A DNA stretch of 64,000 nucleotides, taken from positions 368,382 to 432,381 of the forward strand of contig NW_015165833.1 of NCBI RefSeq assembly GCF_001447785.1, given 5' to 3'. The notes under the pieces are model-generated. The model searched no databases, was not told the origin of the DNA, and saw only the letters and a list, made by a program, of their open reading frames with translations. Positions 60,706 through 64,000 of this stretch are shown one piece after another (positions within the stretch are counted from its first letter, which is position 1; the number at the start of each line of letters is the position of its first letter). A program made the position numbers and the translations under genes. This DNA comes from Gekko japonicus (Eukaryota).

Positions 60706-63700
60706 GTAGGGCGCCCTCTCCCCCTCCCCTGAGGCAGGCCTCAGCCTTGGCGCCGCCGCCGCATCCTCCTCCTGTTCGCGGCTAGGCGTCGTCTGTTCCG
60801 CCTCCGACGGGCTGAGAGAGCGGCCTGGCTAGCTGCTCCTTCCCGGGCCGATAGGCTCTCGATCCGTGTCCTGGCTGCCTGGACGTCCTTCGCTGCCGGG
60901 TATCAGCCCATTTGGGCTCCCCGTTGTCGTTTTCTGCTCTGCTGAGTTGGTTCTCTGTTTCTTTACAGGTTGGCTTCCAAAAAGAAGAGCAAGTCTTCGA
61001 ATAAAAAACACAAGAGGAGTCGAAGCCCTCGTCAAGTGATAGGCAAAATAAAGCAGGTGGGTGAGTGGCCCTTCCGAAGGATGCAGGGGGGAGACATTTG
61101 GTGGGTCGGAGGATGGTAGGTGGAAAGAGAGTGGGGGCTGAGGGAGATGAGTTGTGATTCTAGCGGGCCCTGCATCAGCTCTTGGCTCTGCCAGACTCAT
61201 TTGAAGAAGGAGAAGAGAAGAGATTGGATGGTTTTAGGGGAAGAATAAGAGAGGCAGGGTAAGAAAAGTCCAGTAGAACCTTTAAAACTAACACTGGTGA
61301 CTCAGATGCAATGAAAAAGAAGTCACTTTCCTCATTTTTTTCAGGAGAACTACAGGGTGGGGGAGTTGGGAATAGAGAGAGGCCTGGTGGCATAACTCAG
61401 GTGGGAGTCTCTGTATAATGAACAACATTAGTTGTTACATGCAGAGAATGATGAAAGAGGCCAGAGGATGTAGGCTTTCTCTCCTGCCTTTTGCATCCTT
61501 GTCGTTCTTTTCTCATCAATTTCTCACATATCTTTCCTCTCTCTCCTTGTGACAATAATGAGTGGAAGAAAGGTGCCTGGAAACTAGTGACATCATGGTA
61601 GTAGCTGAAAGAAGGGTGGGGGAAGTTGGAGTGTAGGTGGGAGCTGTTCAGCATGCCATGGGGAAACCACAGAAGGGTACAAAGAGGCACGTGTGTGCAT
61701 GGGCTCTGTCTTGATTCTGCTCCTTCAGCAGCCCAGCCTCTTCTTCAACCCCACACTGCTCTGTACCTGCTGTGGAAGATGTCCTTCACCAAGCCCCTTG
61801 CTGCCAAGCACTTCACTGCCATCTTTATGTGCTTCTTCAAACCAGTGAGGACTCCTGACCCAGCTGGCAGAGGAGGACGACATGAACTCCCACTTGGTTG
61901 GGGTTCATCGTGGGAGCAGCTGCACTATTTATGTGGTGTTTGTTGGTTTCTCAAACATGTGGCTGGGCACTATAGAAAATGAAGTGCTGGAATAGATGGG
62001 TGTCAAGGTCACAGTTTGCTTAGGGCACAAGAGTAAAACCTTGGGCCAGCCCTGGATGGATCACCATATAAAGTAGATTCGGGCTTCTGGATCACCATAT
62101 CAAAAAGATTGGGAATCACTCTCTTACAGTTTATGGCTTAATAGGAGTTTCTAATTAAAGTTAATTAATTGCTTTGTTATTTTTCATGTGACAACATATT
62201 ATAATGATTAATTGAATTGTGCAATCCTAGAAAACATACTTGAAAGCATGTATTCATGTTGCCGTATTGGTCCCCCCCCCCCCCCCCCTTGCAGGAGCAT
62301 CAGGATCACTCCCGAAGGGGACATGAGGAACGTCAGCATCGGAACCATTCTGAGTTGGAGCACAGAGGGGGGAGGAGTAGAAATAGGGGCAGACACAGGG
62401 ACCATTCAAGCCGACGGAAACCCCACCGAGAACGCCCTGGGAGCCATGAAAGGGAAACTGATCATCATCTCCAGGACCAGCAGTCACAGAGAGAGTTTTA
62501 TAACGAACGACGGCGTGAACATCGTCAGCTGTTGGAAGCAAGTGGTGACGAGGAGAATAGAAACACAGGAAAGCCCGGTAGCAAAAACACAGAAAAAGAA
62601 TCAGAGAATAAAGAAAAACCAAGCTTTGAACTGTCTGGTGCACTTTTGGAGGACACCAACACTTTCCGTGGAGTGGTAATCAAATACACTGAGCCTCCTG
62701 AAGCACGTATCCCAAAGAAGCGGTGGCGCCTCTATCCTTTTAAGAATGATGAGGTTCTTCCGGTCATGTACATTCACAGGCAGAGTGCCTATCTGCTAGG
62801 CAGACACAGACGTATTGCTGATATTCCTATTGACCATCCCTCCTGTTCCAAACAGCATGCTGTCTTTCAGTATCGGTAAGTCTTGGCTCGCCTGCTAGAG
62901 AGTACACTATGAGAAGCCCTTAGTTTAAGATAAGTCATTTATGTATTATCGTGAATTTCTGTGGTACAAAGCAGGTGGTCTGGATCTGTAGTTCTCAACC
63001 TTTGGTGCCTTATCCAATCACTGTCAAAGATCCTGGGTCCCACCACAATAGAAACAAAAATCCCCACTTTCCCCATGAAGGACATTGATATATTTAAAGG
63101 TGTTCTGTTACTGTATTTATCATTTAAGGTAGGTAAGTAGGAGAAGTAACAGTGAATATTCCCTGGCAGGTATGATTGGCAGAAAGCAGTACATTAAAGA
63201 CACTTGCTAGTGGGCAGCAGGAGTGATTGATAAAAGATCCACCAAATGTCTAAAGTTGCTATTAGCCTGCCATTAAGTGGGCTAACATCACACCAAAATG
63301 GAATGTTGGGATACCACTTGTTTTGGAGTTAATCAGTTCACATAACATGGGATCTAGGTAACGAAACGTCTTTTATGAAAGGAAACTTAGTCCTCACAAG
63401 CTCATGTTGCTATGGGAGGCTGTGGAAACAAGGAAGTAATGCAGTGTTCACAGCAGGGCTGGTTCCAGGTTTCCTTAGGCCCTGGGCACAGTACCCAGGA
63501 GTGCCTTCCCCTCCTACGCTTGCCATTGTGCCTCCCCCACTCACACTTCCCTGCTGACCTGTGTTCTCCCCCCCTACACACACTGCCTAGCCATTCATCC
63601 TTCTCCCACCAACTTTCTCATTTTCCAATCCTCCCACTGTTCACACAGCTTTCCCTGACTGTGCTGACCAGTGTGTGCACCTGGGAACATAGCTGTTGGG

Positions 63701-64000
63701 AGAGCTCACAACAAACTGATGGGCTTGTGGGGGGGGGGCAGTGGGTCCCACCCAAAGACCTGGGCGGGTGCCCCACCTCCAGATATGCTGATGCAGATGT
63801 ATGCGAATGTCTGGCACAGCTGTTCATCTAGTATGTATGCTGCTGACCACTGTGAATCTGTTTTGGGCCAGGCTCGTGGAGTACAGTCGCCCTGATGGCA
63901 CAACAGGTCGGAAGGTCAAACCCTACATCATTGATCTTGGCTCAGGCAATGGCACGTTTCTGAACAACCAGCGCATTGAGCCTCAACGCTACTATGAACT
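60623..64000 (+). CDS. SNIP1: Smad nuclear-interacting protein 1, 3'-incomplete: join(60623-60705,60969-61056,62295-62875,63872->64000)
   Basis: RS/basic N-terminus, KEKPSFELSGALLEDTNTFRGVVIKYTEPPEARIPKKRWRLYPFK, FHA domain (YLLGRHRRIADIPIDHPSCSKQHAVFQYR...YIIDLGSGNGTFLN). Confidence 0.95.
60969..61056 (+). CDS. SNIP1: SNIP1 exon 2
   Basis: TTTACAG acceptor; RLASKKKSKSSNKKHKRSRSPRQVIGKIKQ; donor CAG|GTGGGT. Confidence 0.85.
62295..62875 (+). CDS. SNIP1: SNIP1 exon 3
   Basis: EHQDHSRRGHEERQHR...KQHAVFQY; donor CG|GTAAGT. Confidence 0.96.
63872..64000 (+). CDS. SNIP1: SNIP1 exon 4 (partial, FHA domain)
   Basis: RLVEYSRPDGTTGRKVKPYIIDLGSGNGTFLNNQRIEPQRYYE; runs off the window. Confidence 0.95.

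Larger units (their letters stand above)
59750..60930. promoter_or_regulatory. CpG island / head-to-head DNALI1-SNIP1 promoter
   Basis: CpG-rich; divergent ATGs at 60097 (-) and 60623 (+); CAGGAAGT ETS-like site near 60472. Confidence 0.8.

Overview
Vertebrate genomic DNA from a squamate reptile, probably a gecko (inferred from the repeat families). It holds a four-gene block in the same order and orientation as human 1p34.3: RSPO1 (+, 5 coding exons, ~260 aa), GNL2 (+, 16 coding exons, ~716 aa), DNALI1 (-, 6 coding exons, ~255 aa) and SNIP1 (+, exons 1-3 and part of exon 4, running off the window). All four models were built by hand with GT-AG junctions and consistent phases. Introns and intergenic DNA are dense with repeats: a near full-length decayed CR1 LINE and an inverted, internally deleted relative, a 5'-truncated L1, an ORF2-less L1-like element, L2/RTE fragments, 5S rRNA-derived and tRNA-derived SINEs, hAT and PIF/Harbinger MITEs with target-site duplications (TSDs), solo LTRs and Penelope-like palindromes. 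Most ORFs in the supplied track are spurious. I found no convincing new multi-gene system. The most unusual feature is a ~200-bp patchwork in RSPO1 intron 1 built from four short copies of sequences found elsewhere in the gene, joined at microhomologies; one piece recreates the end of coding exon 1 as a possible in-frame 33-nt microexon.
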